Assembly (NCBI RefSeq): GCF_021740465.1
Contig: NZ_JAIOZR010000001.1
Span: 88,800-152,799 of the forward strand
Reading direction: 5' to 3'
DNA: 64,000 bases
Origin: Chlorobium sp.
GTDB lineage: Bacteria > Bacteroidota > Chlorobiia > Chlorobiales > Chlorobiaceae
Below the pieces are notes generated by a model, which was given only the letters and a program-made list of their open reading frames with translations, made no database searches and was not told where the DNA came from. Shown here in pieces: positions 30,705 to 41,088 of this stretch (within the stretch, counting starts at the first letter, position 1; every line of letters begins with the position of its first letter). The position numbers were made by a program, and so were the translations under genes.

Positions 30705-30745
30705 TAAAAACAGATAAACCGCAACTCCTTGCGGAACTGCGGTTT
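30705..30745 (-). terminator. terminator after tRNA-Lys
   Basis: Minus strand: AACCGCAGTTCC-GCAA-GGAGTTGCGGTT (7+3 bp stem with 2 internal mismatches) followed by TATCTGTTTTT. Confidence 0.55.
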
Positions 30746-30752
30746 ATATTGC

Positions 30753-30828
30753 TGGTGCACCCGGGAGGACTCGAACCTCCAACCCACTGATTAAGAGTCA
30801 GTTGCTCTACCGATTGAGCCACGGGTGC
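30753..30828 (-). tRNA. tRNA-Lys (anticodon CTT)
   Basis: Reverse complement GCACCCGTGGCTCAATCGGTAGAGCAACTGACTCTTAATCAGTGGGTTGGAGGTTCGAGTCCTCCCGGGTGCACCA. It has a 7-bp acceptor stem GCACCCG/CGGGTGC, anticodon loop CT-CTT-AA, GGTTCGAGTCC T-arm and an encoded CCA. Confidence 0.9.
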
Positions 30829-30844
30829 ATTACCGTAAAGTATG

Positions 30845-31213
30845 TTATTTCGCCGGAGCAGCAGGAAGTAGCGGAGAAACCGGCGCTTTCGGAAGTGAGG
30901 GAACGCTCTTGAGCGGTACAACCGGGGAGACCGGCGCGCTCTCCTGGAGAATGCTTTTCGACCCTTTCAGTTTTGCCTCTCTTGCCGGAAGGGTGAACTG
31001 GGCTATGAAAGCAGCAATCATGACGACGGCAGCCAGGGCAGCCGTAACCTTGCTGAGGAAGTCACCTGTTCTTCTGACTCCGAGAGTCTGAACCGTACCC
31101 AAACTGGCAATACCGCCGGTAAGACCGCTTCCGCTTTTCGGGCTTTGCAGTAAAACCGACCCTACAAGCAGAATCGAAGCAAGCAAACCGACAATTACAA
31201 GAAAGACATGCAT
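30845..31213 (-). CDS. secG: preprotein translocase subunit SecG
   Basis: Starts [34 protein letters not shown], has a second TM segment, and carries a Pro/Ala-rich tail. secG followed by a tRNA is a common arrangement. Confidence 0.85.
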   Translation of the reverse strand: MHVFLVIVGLLASILLVGSVLLQSPKSGSGLTGGIASLGTVQTLGVRRTGDFLSKVTAALAAVVMIAAFIAQFTLPAREAKLKGSKSILQESAPVSPVVPLKSVPSLPKAPVSPLLPAAPAK

Positions 31214-31301
31214 TTCCAGCCGCTGTATTAATGTTCCAAATATCGTATCTTATCACTGACAAAGGCCTTAATTTAGCAACTTTTGAAATATTTCCAAGCT
31301 G

Positions 31302-31544
31302 GTGTTTACTGACGCGGGGAAATTCCTTGTTCTGACCGGGCTTTGTGCCGTTATTTTCGGCTTGCTGCTTATGGCTGCAGAAAAAGCGGGAACACCGGGA
31401 TGGCTGAACTGGTTCGGCAACCTTCCTCTCGATATCCGTATCAGAAAGGAAAACTTCCAGCTCTTCTTCCCTGTCGGATCATCGATACTCCTGTCCGTAC
31501 TCCTGAGCCTCGTGCTGTTCATCATCAACAAATTTATCCGCTGA
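31302..31544 (+). CDS. DUF2905-like small membrane protein
   Basis: 80 aa. GNLPLDIRIRKENFQLFFPVGSSILLSVLLSLVL matches the GxLPGDI...F.FYFP pattern of that family. Confidence 0.65.
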   Translation: MFTDAGKFLVLTGLCAVIFGLLLMAAEKAGTPGWLNWFGNLPLDIRIRKENFQLFFPVGSSILLSVLLSLVLFIINKFIR

Positions 31545-31550
31545 CCGCTC

Positions 31551-32153
31551 ATGCTGCAAACCTTGAACACCGCTGACCGAAAGGCAACCGTAACAAGAAC
31601 GACAAAGGAAACCGATATTACGGCCACCATCGACCTCGATGGCACCGGCACCGCCAGCATACGTTCGGGAGTGGTCTTTTTCGACCATATGCTCGCCAAT
31701 TTCAGCAAACACTCGGGCATCGACATCACCCTCGACTGCAAAGGGGATACGGAGGTGGACGACCACCACTCGGTAGAGGATATCGCGCTGGTGCTCGGAA
31801 CCGCCCTCAATCAGGCGCTTGGCAGCAAAACGGGAATCCAGCGCTATGGCTGGGCCATGATCCCCATGGACGAAACGCTTGCCCGTTGCGCCCTGGATCT
31901 CGGCGGCCGGAGCTACTGCGCCTTCTCGGCGGATTTCAAACGTTCGGTTATCCGTGGATTTTCAACCGAAATGGTCGAGCATTTCTTTCTGTCCCTGTCG
32001 AGAACCATGCATGCCAACATCCATCTGGCGATTCTTGAAGGAAAAAACACCCACCACATGATCGAGGCCATGTTCAAGGCGTTTGCCTATGCCATGAAAA
32101 TGGCCGTGGCCATAACCGGCCAGGATCTGCCCTCGACAAAGGGAACGCTGTAG
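31551..32153 (+). CDS. hisB: imidazoleglycerol-phosphate dehydratase
   Basis: RTTKETDI...IDLDGTG...[20 protein letters not shown]...[19 protein letters not shown]...[12 protein letters not shown] are canonical HisB motifs. Confidence 0.95.
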   Translation: MLQTLNTADRKATVTRTTKETDITATIDLDGTGTASIRSGVVFFDHMLANFSKHSGIDITLDCKGDTEVDDHHSVEDIALVLGTALNQALGSKTGIQRYGWAMIPMDETLARCALDLGGRSYCAFSADFKRSVIRGFSTEMVEHFFLSLSRTMHANIHLAILEGKNTHHMIEAMFKAFAYAMKMAVAITGQDLPSTKGTL

Positions 32154-32215
32154 AAACAGCTCCGCTCTAAAAAAGCCATGAAAAGAAAAGAGGCTGTCCC
32201 AAAACGATAGCCGAC

Positions 32216-32255
32216 AACGCAAAAGGGCTACCTGAAAAGGTGGCCTTTTTGCGTT
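32216..32255. terminator. bidirectional hairpin between convergent hisB and oadB
   Basis: AACGCAAAAGGGCTACC-TGAAAA-GGTGGCCTTTTTGCGTT: a 17-bp stem with 2 mismatches. Confidence 0.55.
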
Positions 32256-32429
32256 GTTATTGGCATCTTAAATCTATGGGAAAAAATCGCATAGCCGGGT
32301 GGTCTTCAAGAGCTGGTCTTACCGGGATCCCCTTCCCTTCAGGTTTGCCTGGGGCAGAACAGAAAAGGCTGTCTCGGTCTTGCTTTCGAAACAGCCTCTT
32401 CTGTTTGTATGCCCCTTGACAACCCCGGT

Positions 32430-34001
32430 TTACATGAACACCGCAAGGAGTACGCCGGCTGCAACGGCTGAACCGATAACTCCCGAAACGTTCGGACCCA
32501 TGGCGTGCATGAGCAGGAAGTTGTGCGGATCGGCATCGAGACCGACCTTGTTCGATACGCGTGCGGCCATCGGCACCGCCGACACGCCAGCCGAACCGAT
32601 CAGCGGATTGATTTTCTGCTTCAGGAAGAGGTTCATGAACTTCGCCATCAGAACGCCACCGGCAGTACCGAGCGAGAAGGCGATAAGGCCGAGCACGATG
32701 ATGCCGAGCGTCTCGATGTTGAGGAACTTCTCGGCGGAAAGCTTGCTGCCGACGCCGAGACCGAGAAAGATGGTGACGATGTTGATGAGCGAGTTCTGAG
32801 CCGTATCGCTGAGCCTCTCGACAACACCGCACTCCCGCATGAGATTGCCGAACATGAGAAAGCCGATCAGGGGAGCGGCCGAAGGCAGCAGCAGGGCGCA
32901 GAGCACGATGACGATGATCGGAAAGAGGATCTTCTCACGTTTTGAAACGTAACGGAGCTGGCTCATCTTGATTTTGCGCTCCTCCTCGGTGGTGAGCCAC
33001 TTCATGATGGGCGGCTGGATGATCGGTACGAGCGCCATGTAGGAGTATGCCGCAACTGCGATACTGCCGAGCAGGGCCGGGCTGAGGCGTGAGGCAACGA
33101 AAATGGAGGTCGGGCCGTCGGCGCCGCCGATAATGCCGATCGAAGCGGCATCCTTCATGGAAAAGTTGATGCCCGGAACATACTGGGAAAGCACAAGGGC
33201 TCCGATCAGTGAGCCGAAAATACCGAGCTGTGCGGCGCCGCCAAGCAGACTGGTTTTCGGGTTGGCGATCATGGGTCCGAAATCGGTCATGGCGCCGACA
33301 CCCATGAAGATGAGCAGGGGAAAGACGCCGCTCTGGATGCCTACGTTGAAGACATAGTAGAGAATGCCGCCCTCGTCGTTGATGTAGGCAAGAGGAATGT
33401 TGGAAAACACGGCACCCATGCCGATGGGAATCAGAAGCAGCGGCTCGAAGCCTTTGGCGATGGCCAGGTATATCAGCAGAGCGCCGACGCTCATCATGAG
33501 TATGCGGCCAAGCCCCTCGGTCCAGGTCAGCCTGCTGTCGACGATCAGGGCGTAGACGCCGGTACTTTCGATAAGATTGCCGAACACCGTTTTGAGTGAA
33601 AGGCGTTCCGTCGAGGCGCTCGATCCCTGCACACTGGTCAGCAGATCCTGCTTCTCGATCTTCAGCAGCACCGCACCGGCAGGAACCCTGGTGTACTTGT
33701 TGTAGAGGCTTTCGTTGATGTAGGTAACATGACCCGACACGCCCGCGCTCACCGTGATCTTGTTGTGGTGCTGGTCGGCGAACAGCCCGAGAAAATCGCC
33801 CTGGCGAACATCGTCGCCGACTTTCAGCATCCGGCTGTCGCGCACCGGAACTTTCACCAGCTCGAGATCTTCAGGCACCGCAAGGGTTACAATGCCCTCT
33901 TCGGTCCGAAAAAAACCTTGCGCATGCCCCGCCGTGGTGAAGCACAGCAGGGAGAGCATCAGAAAAAGAATTTTACGCATGAATATGTTATGCTTAACCA
34001 T
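32430..34001 (-). CDS. oadB: Na+-translocating decarboxylase beta subunit (OadB-like) with an N-terminal extension
   Basis: The C-terminal ~380 aa are the polytopic OadB core ([29 protein letters not shown]). The N-terminal ~140 aa are extra. Confidence 0.9.
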   Translation of the reverse strand: MVKHNIFMRKILFLMLSLLCFTTAGHAQGFFRTEEGIVTLAVPEDLELVKVPVRDSRMLKVGDDVRQGDFLGLFADQHHNKITVSAGVSGHVTYINESLYNKYTRVPAGAVLLKIEKQDLLTSVQGSSASTERLSLKTVFGNLIESTGVYALIVDSRLTWTEGLGRILMMSVGALLIYLAIAKGFEPLLLIPIGMGAVFSNIPLAYINDEGGILYYVFNVGIQSGVFPLLIFMGVGAMTDFGPMIANPKTSLLGGAAQLGIFGSLIGALVLSQYVPGINFSMKDAASIGIIGGADGPTSIFVASRLSPALLGSIAVAAYSYMALVPIIQPPIMKWLTTEEERKIKMSQLRYVSKREKILFPIIVIVLCALLLPSAAPLIGFLMFGNLMRECGVVERLSDTAQNSLINIVTIFLGLGVGSKLSAEKFLNIETLGIIVLGLIAFSLGTAGGVLMAKFMNLFLKQKINPLIGSAGVSAVPMAARVSNKVGLDADPHNFLLMHAMGPNVSGVIGSAVAAGVLLAVFM

Positions 34002-34028
34002 TAAAAATTAAGAGTTTACTGGCCAGGG

Positions 34029-35858
34029 TCATGCGATATAAAGCAACACGTCGCCGGTGGCCACGGTATCGCCGACGGCGACATCGATCGAAACCACCCT
34101 GCCGCTTTTTGTAGCCTTCACCGGCGATTCCATCTTCATGGCCTCGATGATCACCACATCATCACCCTCCCTGACCGTGTCTCCGACTTCCACCTCGATG
34201 GCCATAACGGTACCCGGCAGCGAGGTTTCTACCGGAGTCCCCTCTCCTGCGGCCTGGGGAGCCGCTGCGGCAGGAACCGCCGGAGCGGCTGATTTTACTG
34301 CGCCGGTACCGTCGGCAACCGAAACATTGTAGGACTTGCCGTCCACGGTGATGATATAGTATGACATGCCTGTTTTTACTGGTTTAGCGGTTGATACGGT
34401 TGGTGAAGAAGCGTTTTTCGGAGCGGCCTTTGCTGCGGCTTCAGCCTCGACGTCGGCCTTGAAGCGGATGCCGAGCGGCTTGTCGCCCTTGAGAAAGGAG
34501 ATGCCTTTGGCACCGCAGGTCGCTGAAATGAAGATGTTCTCCTCGGTTACCGGAAGACCGGCTTTTTCGAGCAGCTGGCGGTTATAGGCGATGCCGAGTT
34601 CGGGATTGCGGTCGTTGATGTCGTGCACGTCTTCGGTGGTGGGCTGCAGTCCGAGCTGCTCGGAGGCGAGGCGAACCACTTCCGGATCAGGTTCAGCCGG
34701 CGTACGTCCGAAGTAACCGAGCACCATCTTGCCGTAGCTGTCGGTGATCTTTTTCCACTCTCCCTGAACCGTGTTGGCGAACGCCTGCTGGAAGTAGAAC
34801 TGCGAAACCGGCGTAACCGAAGAACCGAATCCGCCTTTTGCCACCACTTCGCGCATGTTGCGGATCACTTCGGGGAAAAGGTGCAGCGAATTGGTATCGC
34901 GCATCATCTGGGTATTGGCCGTCAGCGCGCCTCCGGGCATCGGGGAGAACGGTATGAGCGGGTTCACCTCCTTGGCTTCGGGAGGCATGTAGTACTTGTC
35001 CATCTGGTTCATGAAAAGAGCCTCGACCTCGATGTACTTCTCGTGATCGATGTCGAGCGTGTAGTCGGTGCCCCTGAGACGGTGCCACATGGTGAGAATA
35101 TCGACCTCTGCCGTACCGCCGCTGACCGGGGCCATGGCAAGGTCGATGATGTCCGCTCCGCCCTCGATGGCCGCGTAGTTGCAGGCGACACCCATCCCGG
35201 CGGTATCGTGTGTGTGGAACTCGATGACTGTGCCTTCGGGCAGCATTTTACGTGCGCCCTTGATCGACTCGTAAACCACAACCGGAGTTGTGGCGCCCGA
35301 AGCGTCCTTGAAGGCTACGCTGTCGAAGGGAATGCCGGCATCGAGAATCTCGCGGAGTTTGTCGAGATAGAACTGCGGGGTGTGGCAGTAGGTTTCCTTC
35401 AGTCCCGGAGGAAGGCCCATCAGGGCGATCACGACCTGATGCTTCAGTCCGGCGTTGTGGATGCACTGGCCGGAGTAGGCGATGTTGCGCACATCCATGA
35501 GGGCGTCGAAATTACGGATGGTGGTGATGCCGTGCTTCCTGAACATGCGGGCGTGCAGGTCGATGATGTCGCGCGACTGCGATACCAGTCCGACCACGTT
35601 GGCGCCCCTCGAAAGGGTCTGCAGGTTGATGTGCGGGCCGACGATCCGTCTGGCCGTATCCATCATGTCGAATGCATCCTCCTGGCAGTAGAAGTACAGG
35701 CTCTGAAAACGCGCGCCGCCGCCGATTTCAAAGTTATCGGTACCCGCCTGCACCGCCGCTTCGAGCGCGGGAATGAAATCCGCAGTTTTCACCCTTGCAC
35801 CGTAACAGGACTGGAAGCCGTCACGGAAGGATACATCCATAAACCGAATTTTTTTCAT
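34029..35858 (-). CDS. oadA: oxaloacetate decarboxylase alpha subunit / carboxyltransferase with biotinyl domain
   Basis: Starts MKKIRFMDVSFRDGFQS (HMGL-like TIM barrel) and contains HTHDTAGMG. The C-terminal biotin attachment motif is IIEAMKMESPV. Confidence 0.9.
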   Translation of the reverse strand: MKKIRFMDVSFRDGFQSCYGARVKTADFIPALEAAVQAGTDNFEIGGGARFQSLYFYCQEDAFDMMDTARRIVGPHINLQTLSRGANVVGLVSQSRDIIDLHARMFRKHGITTIRNFDALMDVRNIAYSGQCIHNAGLKHQVVIALMGLPPGLKETYCHTPQFYLDKLREILDAGIPFDSVAFKDASGATTPVVVYESIKGARKMLPEGTVIEFHTHDTAGMGVACNYAAIEGGADIIDLAMAPVSGGTAEVDILTMWHRLRGTDYTLDIDHEKYIEVEALFMNQMDKYYMPPEAKEVNPLIPFSPMPGGALTANTQMMRDTNSLHLFPEVIRNMREVVAKGGFGSSVTPVSQFYFQQAFANTVQGEWKKITDSYGKMVLGYFGRTPAEPDPEVVRLASEQLGLQPTTEDVHDINDRNPELGIAYNRQLLEKAGLPVTEENIFISATCGAKGISFLKGDKPLGIRFKADVEAEAAAKAAPKNASSPTVSTAKPVKTGMSYYIITVDGKSYNVSVADGTGAVKSAAPAVPAAAAPQAAGEGTPVETSLPGTVMAIEVEVGDTVREGDDVVIIEAMKMESPVKATKSGRVVSIDVAVGDTVATGDVLLYIA

Positions 35859-35923
35859 AAACCTCGTCTGGTTTTTATACGCTTGGTAAAATTAAAACTC
35901 CCTCGCCGCCGCCGATATGCCCT

Positions 35924-36202
35924 TTACCGGCTTGCATGCGCATGCACCGCTGCGGTAATCACGGCCGTCATGCGTGAGGCCTCGTCGGCCGAAGGAGAAG
36001 CCGCCATGACCGTTTTCTTCATCTCTTTCTCCCTCTTTTTCCGGCGTTTCGATTCGGCTTCTTCGAGAAGCATCTTCTCCTCCTGAAGGGCATGCTCGCT
36101 GAAAACCGATGAGAGGGCTTTTATCAGCATGTTCATCACAACGAGAAAAAGGTATACCGTCAGCATACCGATAACCATGAGAATCAATCCATCCAGAACC
36201 AT
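35924..36202 (-). CDS. oadG: decarboxylase gamma subunit (OadG-like)
   Basis: 92 aa with a single N-terminal TM helix (LILMVIGMLTVYLFLVVMNMLI), a charged linker and the C-terminal VITAAVHAH. Lies immediately upstream of oadA. Confidence 0.7.
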   Translation of the reverse strand: MVLDGLILMVIGMLTVYLFLVVMNMLIKALSSVFSEHALQEEKMLLEEAESKRRKKREKEMKKTVMAASPSADEASRMTAVITAAVHAHASR

Positions 36203-36274
36203 ACTGTTCAGTATTTAAAATTGTTATAAATTTTGAATTTCAATGTACGCAGATTAATCCACTTTCAAAACAGC

Positions 36275-37795
36275 TCAGGCCATCGATCCAAGCAGACCGA
36301 ACGACTCGTCCTCCACCTTCCGGTGAAGGCTGTTGCCCTGCGCGTCCATGGTGACGATTGCCGGAAACGAGTCCACCTCGAAATGCCACATCGCCTCGGG
36401 AACCCCCATCTCTTCGAGAAAATCCACCCCCGTGACGGTATGGATGCATTTGGCGTAGTACTGTGCGGCGCCTCCTATGGCATTGAGATAGACCGCACCG
36501 TGCTCCTGGAGCCCCTTGAGGGTTTTCGGGCCCATCCCCCCCTTGCCGATAATGGCCCGCAGACCGAGTTTTTCGATCACATCGGCCTGGTAGGGCTCTT
36601 CGCGGATCGAGGTGGTCGGTCCTGCGGCGGTTACGCGGTAGCTGCCGTCCTCGTTTTTCATGACGACCGGTCCGCAGTGATAGAGAATGCCGCCCAGGGT
36701 ATCGATGCCCTCCGGCAGGTCGTGGTGCATGACGTGATGATGAAAGGCGTCGCGACCGGTATGCATGACGCCGTTGATGATGACGATATCGCCGACCCGC
36801 AGCCTGCGCACCTCGTCCTCACCGACCGGAGCCTGCAGTACGACCTCCCTGCCGGTCAGCGGAATGCCTTCGCCCCGGGCCATTCGCCGGATTTCGTCGG
36901 TGTCTCGGTACTGCCAGCTGACGATCGATCCCGATTCGGGATCGACGAGCACGCCGAGACGGCGATAGGCCCAGCAGTTATAGGCCACCGAAACGAAAAA
37001 GCTTGCCGGAACCCGGTGTGAGGCGCCGATCTTGCAGCCGAGCAGGGTGGTCTTTCCCCCGAATCCCATGGGTCCGATGGAAAGCGTATTGGCTTTTTCA
37101 AGAATCTCCTCTTCGAGCGCCTGCAGTTCGGCATCCGCATTGGTGTCGTCAACCCGACGGAAGAGCTGTTTTTTGGCAAGTTCGTATCCGCTGGTGCGGT
37201 CGCCGCCGATTCCTACACCGATAAAGCCGGGGCTGCACCCCTGGCCCTGCGCCTGATAGACCGCGTGCAGAAGACACTTGCGTACACCGTCGAGGTCGCG
37301 TGCTGCCTTGCCGAGACCGGGAATTTCCGCGGGAAGCGAGTACTGGATGTTCTTGTTTTCGCACCCCCCTCCCTTGAGGATCAGCCGCACCTCGATTTCA
37401 TCCTTTTCCCACGGCTCGAAATGGATGACCGGCACATGCCGTCCAAGATTGTTGCCCGAGTTTTTACCGCTGAGGGCATCCACCGCGTTCGGGCGAAGCT
37501 TTCCGGTGCGCGTGGCCTCGGCTACGGCCTCCTCGATTTCGCGCTTCATCATGAGCTGGTCGGCTCCCCGGGGAGAGTGGATGAAAAAGGTGGGCATGCC
37601 GGTATCCTGGCATATGGGCGATACGTTGTCCACTGCCATGTCGATGTTGACCGAGATGGCCGACATGGCGAGCCCTGCCTGCGATGCGGGGTCCTCCCGA
37701 TCGATAGCTCCTGCGATGGCTCGGCGCACGTCGCCGGGCAGGTTTGCCGATGTTTCGGTAATAAGCGCGAGTACTGATTCCCTGAAATTGTTCAT
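36275..37795 (-). CDS. class I (Fe-S) fumarate hydratase, fused alpha/beta type
   Basis: 506 aa. The N-terminal domain has ICQDTGMPTFF and the C-terminal domain has GPTTSIREEPY...IIGKGGMG, typical of Fe-S hydro-lyases. Confidence 0.9.
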   Translation of the reverse strand: MNNFRESVLALITETSANLPGDVRRAIAGAIDREDPASQAGLAMSAISVNIDMAVDNVSPICQDTGMPTFFIHSPRGADQLMMKREIEEAVAEATRTGKLRPNAVDALSGKNSGNNLGRHVPVIHFEPWEKDEIEVRLILKGGGCENKNIQYSLPAEIPGLGKAARDLDGVRKCLLHAVYQAQGQGCSPGFIGVGIGGDRTSGYELAKKQLFRRVDDTNADAELQALEEEILEKANTLSIGPMGFGGKTTLLGCKIGASHRVPASFFVSVAYNCWAYRRLGVLVDPESGSIVSWQYRDTDEIRRMARGEGIPLTGREVVLQAPVGEDEVRRLRVGDIVIINGVMHTGRDAFHHHVMHHDLPEGIDTLGGILYHCGPVVMKNEDGSYRVTAAGPTTSIREEPYQADVIEKLGLRAIIGKGGMGPKTLKGLQEHGAVYLNAIGGAAQYYAKCIHTVTGVDFLEEMGVPEAMWHFEVDSFPAIVTMDAQGNSLHRKVEDESFGLLGSMA

Positions 37796-37844
37796 GGCAC
37801 TGAAAGGATAGATGCTGTTAATAAACCGGCAGCCGCGCGGCCGG

Positions 37845-38309
37845 TCAGTTGTTTGCGGCTTTTTCGGAATCCGACTGCTTCACCAGCAGCACGGGAACAC
37901 CCGCGGACCGGAAAACCGCTTCGGCCACGCTGCCCACCATGAGGCGCATGATGCCGGTTCTTCCGTGGGAACCCATGATGATCAGATCGGCTCCCCATGC
38001 AGTTGCATGATCGCTTATCACTTTTGAAGCCTCTCCTCGAAGCACATGGATATCGGCACACAGACCGTTCTTTTTTTCAGCCATGAGCACTCCTGCAAAA
38101 GCTTGCGGAATAACGTCGTCGTTCTCCTGCACAGCGAGGTTAAGGCCGTAGCTCGCCGCGGTTTTCATGGCGATGTTTTCAGGGGGCTGAACATGCAGAA
38201 ACCGGACATGAGCGTTAAGCTTGCGGGCGAAGTCAATAGCATACCTGACCGCTTTGTCCGAGGTGTCCGAATAATCCGTCGGGCAGAGAATCTTTGAAAG
38301 ATGGATCAT
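37845..38309 (-). CDS. universal stress protein
   Basis: ILCPTDYSDTSDKAVRYA... and GADLIIMGSHGRTGIMRLMVGSVAEAV (UspA ATP-binding motif G-2x-G-9x-GS). Confidence 0.85.
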   Translation of the reverse strand: MIHLSKILCPTDYSDTSDKAVRYAIDFARKLNAHVRFLHVQPPENIAMKTAASYGLNLAVQENDDVIPQAFAGVLMAEKKNGLCADIHVLRGEASKVISDHATAWGADLIIMGSHGRTGIMRLMVGSVAEAVFRSAGVPVLLVKQSDSEKAANN

Positions 38310-38563
38310 AAGAGGTGCCTGATGACAGGTGAAAAAAAGAATCGTGGGCGCTGCTTTTCAAACCTTGAATCTACATTTTTTTCCGGTTAAAACATCCGTA
38401 CTCCTGCAGCGTCTGCAGAGAATGCTTCATTGCCGCACTCCCGTCTCCGGAGGAAAAACCGGAGAAAGAGAGATGCTCCTGTTTCTTCGGCTGTTATATT
38501 TGATTTAATTACCGGCAGAGCGACGAGCCCCTGAAAATCCCGTTACCCGAGGAGAGGAGCAAC

Positions 38564-40126
38564 ATGGAAGCCATTCTGGAAGCACTGATCCGGCCGGATG
38601 CCTACCCCCACCCGACCGAAGCCATAACGGTGGTGGAAACCCATATTTCATGGGTATTGTTGACCGGTACCTGGGCCTACAAGATTAAAAAGCCCGTAAA
38701 TCTCGGTTTTCTCGACTTTTCCACCCTCGAAAAACGGGCATACTTCTGCCATGAAGAGTTGCGCCTGAACCGACGGCTCGCACCGGAACTTTACCTCGAT
38801 GTCGTACCGGTTACCCGTTCACAGGAAGCCCTCAGAATAGGGGGAAGCGGCACGGCAATCGAGTATGCCGTAAAAATGGCGCAGTTCGACCGTGCATTTG
38901 AACTCGACCGGCTGCTTGCCGGAAACCGGCTTCATGCAGAACATATCGACAGCATCATCCGGACGGTTGCCGCATTTCATCGGACCATACCGCATGCGGA
39001 TCCGGATTCGGAGTACGGCAGGCCGGAAAAACTGATTCTGCCCCTGCTTGAAAATTTCCGTCATACCGAAGAGCTCGTTGCCTGCGATGCCGAAAAAGTA
39101 CTGCTCGAAAAAATCAGGAGGTGGGCGCTCGATGAGCATCGCCGCCTTGCCGCCCGCTTTCTGGAAAGAAAAGCAGGAGGATTCATCCGGCACTGCCATG
39201 GAGACATGCATACCGGCAATATGGTCTGGCAAAAGGACCGGGTACTGATTTTCGACTGCATCGAGTTCAGCCCGGCGCTCTCCATGATCGACGTAACGAG
39301 CGATATCGCCTTTCTTTTCATGGATCTCGAGCACAGCGGCAACCCAGGGCTCGCATGGCGTTTCCTCAACGGCTGGCTTTCGGCTACAGGCGACTTCGAA
39401 AGCCTGCGCCTCCTGCGCTTCTACAGCCTTTACCGGGCAACGGTACGGGCAAAGGTAACCGCTATCCGTTACGAACAGGAAGCGGATGAAGCTCGCAGGC
39501 ACGCCATCCGGGAGGAACACCTCTCCTATGTGCGTCACGCCTTTCACTATACGCTGCCGGTTTCGGCCCGGCTCATGATAACCTGCGGTGTTTCAGGCAG
39601 CGGAAAGAGCACGCATGGAGGGGAGATAGCCTGCCAGATGCAGGCTGTTCATATCCGCTCCGATATCGAGCGAAAGCGGCTTGCCGGCATCGGTCCGGAT
39701 GCCGGCAGCCGTAACCGCGACGGTTTGGACATCTATACGGCCTCTTTCACCGAAACTACCTACCGGCGTCTTGCGGAGATCGCGGCAACAGCTCTTGAAG
39801 AGGGTTTTCCTGTTCTGGTGGACGCGACATTTCTCGAAAAAGGCGAGCGGAGGCGGTTCAGGGAGCTTGCCGCCCGATACGGCTGCCCCTTCGCCATCCT
39901 GCATTTTCATGCCGACGACGCGATACTCCGCGAGAGGGTAAAGGCGAGGTTCCTTGAAGGACGAGATCCTTCGGAAGCCGATGAAGCGGTACTGCAGCGA
40001 CAGCTCGAGGCGGCCGAACCGCTCCCGGAAGAGGAACGCCCCGACGAAATCCTCATCGATACAGGCCGGGATGTCGATTACCGGGGCATCGTGCATTTCC
40101 TGCGGCACCCGGAGGCGCCGCTCTGA
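38564..40126 (+). CDS. bifunctional aminoglycoside-phosphotransferase-like / P-loop kinase protein
   Basis: The N-terminal APH-type kinase domain has HCHGDMHTGN. The C-terminal domain has Walker A CGVSGSGKST. Confidence 0.8.
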   Translation: MEAILEALIRPDAYPHPTEAITVVETHISWVLLTGTWAYKIKKPVNLGFLDFSTLEKRAYFCHEELRLNRRLAPELYLDVVPVTRSQEALRIGGSGTAIEYAVKMAQFDRAFELDRLLAGNRLHAEHIDSIIRTVAAFHRTIPHADPDSEYGRPEKLILPLLENFRHTEELVACDAEKVLLEKIRRWALDEHRRLAARFLERKAGGFIRHCHGDMHTGNMVWQKDRVLIFDCIEFSPALSMIDVTSDIAFLFMDLEHSGNPGLAWRFLNGWLSATGDFESLRLLRFYSLYRATVRAKVTAIRYEQEADEARRHAIREEHLSYVRHAFHYTLPVSARLMITCGVSGSGKSTHGGEIACQMQAVHIRSDIERKRLAGIGPDAGSRNRDGLDIYTASFTETTYRRLAEIAATALEEGFPVLVDATFLEKGERRRFRELAARYGCPFAILHFHADDAILRERVKARFLEGRDPSEADEAVLQRQLEAAEPLPEEERPDEILIDTGRDVDYRGIVHFLRHPEAPL

Positions 40127-40169
40127 ACGGAACCTCCGGGGCATGATTACCCGAGCACGAAAAGGAAGT

Positions 40170-41045
40170 CTAAACCTCGATGCCGAAAGCCAGCCGTATG
40201 CCGTATCCGGCGGCAAAACTGAGTGCTGCTACCGTAAAACTGAGGCCGACCATCTCGAAAAACCGGCTCCTGAAGGAGAGATCGCGGGCAACGGAGATGT
40301 AGTAATTGAAAAAACCGATAATGCAGACGGCTGCGGCGAAAGCCATGCCGAGACAGAGATACAAATCGTCGAACAGCAGGTAAGGGGTCACCAGCACCAG
40401 CACCGTGAGCAGATAGGCTACGCCGGTATATATTGCCGCCTTGAGAGGATTTTTTCCGCCCGGATCCGACTTGGTCGACAGGTACTCCGAAGCCGCCATG
40501 GAGAGCGCTGCGGCGAAACCGGTGATCGAGGCGGTCAGCGCCACGAGCGGAGTGTTCTGCAGGGCGAAGGTCAGACCCGCAAGCACGCCCATCAGCTCGA
40601 CAAGCGCATCGTTAAGGCCGAGCACGATGGAGCCTGTGTATTTGAGGCGGTCTTCGTCGAGCAGGGTTATCAGGGCCTGTTCGTGCTCCTCCTCGTCGCG
40701 GATGATGCCGTTTATCTCCTTGAAGCTGCCCGGCATGCGGTTGTATGCGTTGTGGGCGTTCTGCTCGGATTTTTCCATGAGCTTGATGCCGAAGGTAAAA
40801 CCGAACACCATGCTGACGAAGGTGTAGAACCAAACCTTCATCCTGCTGGGCGCAATATCCCTGCGGGTGTAGGTTTTCCAGACGTTGTAGTGCCGCAGCT
40901 CGTCGTCGGCGATCTGGCTGAGAATGCGGCGGTTCTTCACCCCGCTCACTTTGCGGGAAAGGTTTTTGTAGATGAAATGCTCGGTGATCTCGTTTTTCTG
41001 GAAAACGGCTACCTCCCGCGCATCGAAATCCCTGCTCTGTTTCAC
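40170..41045 (-). CDS. VIT1/CCC1-family iron transporter with N-terminal ferritin-like domain
   Basis: The N-terminal four-helix region has ADDELRHY and [10 protein letters not shown]. The C-terminal membrane domain has [15 protein letters not shown] and SMAASEYLS. Confidence 0.8.
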   Translation of the reverse strand: MKQSRDFDAREVAVFQKNEITEHFIYKNLSRKVSGVKNRRILSQIADDELRHYNVWKTYTRRDIAPSRMKVWFYTFVSMVFGFTFGIKLMEKSEQNAHNAYNRMPGSFKEINGIIRDEEEHEQALITLLDEDRLKYTGSIVLGLNDALVELMGVLAGLTFALQNTPLVALTASITGFAAALSMAASEYLSTKSDPGGKNPLKAAIYTGVAYLLTVLVLVTPYLLFDDLYLCLGMAFAAAVCIIGFFNYYISVARDLSFRSRFFEMVGLSFTVAALSFAAGYGIRLAFGIEV

Positions 41046-41088
41046 AAATCAACCGGTTAAAAAGTTGTTAAAGCCTCAACGGACCCGC

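Noticed and set aside
27006-30752. Search for a partial tRNA-Lys 3'-end direct repeat marking the far end of the AT-rich island
   Set aside because: No copy of TGGTGCACCCGGGAGG or a substantial part of it is visible in 27.0-30.7 kb. tRNA-targeted integration therefore stays a hypothesis only, and I did not annotate the region as a mobile element.
34623-36086. 487-aa plus-strand ORF
   Set aside because: It is antisense to oadA and oadG. The minus-strand frames have the carboxyltransferase and EAMKME biotinyl motifs.
39954-41060. 368-aa plus-strand ORF overlapping the end of the kinase gene and all of the VIT1 gene
   Set aside because: It is a shadow ORF. The minus strand encodes a coherent ferritin-like plus VIT1 membrane protein.
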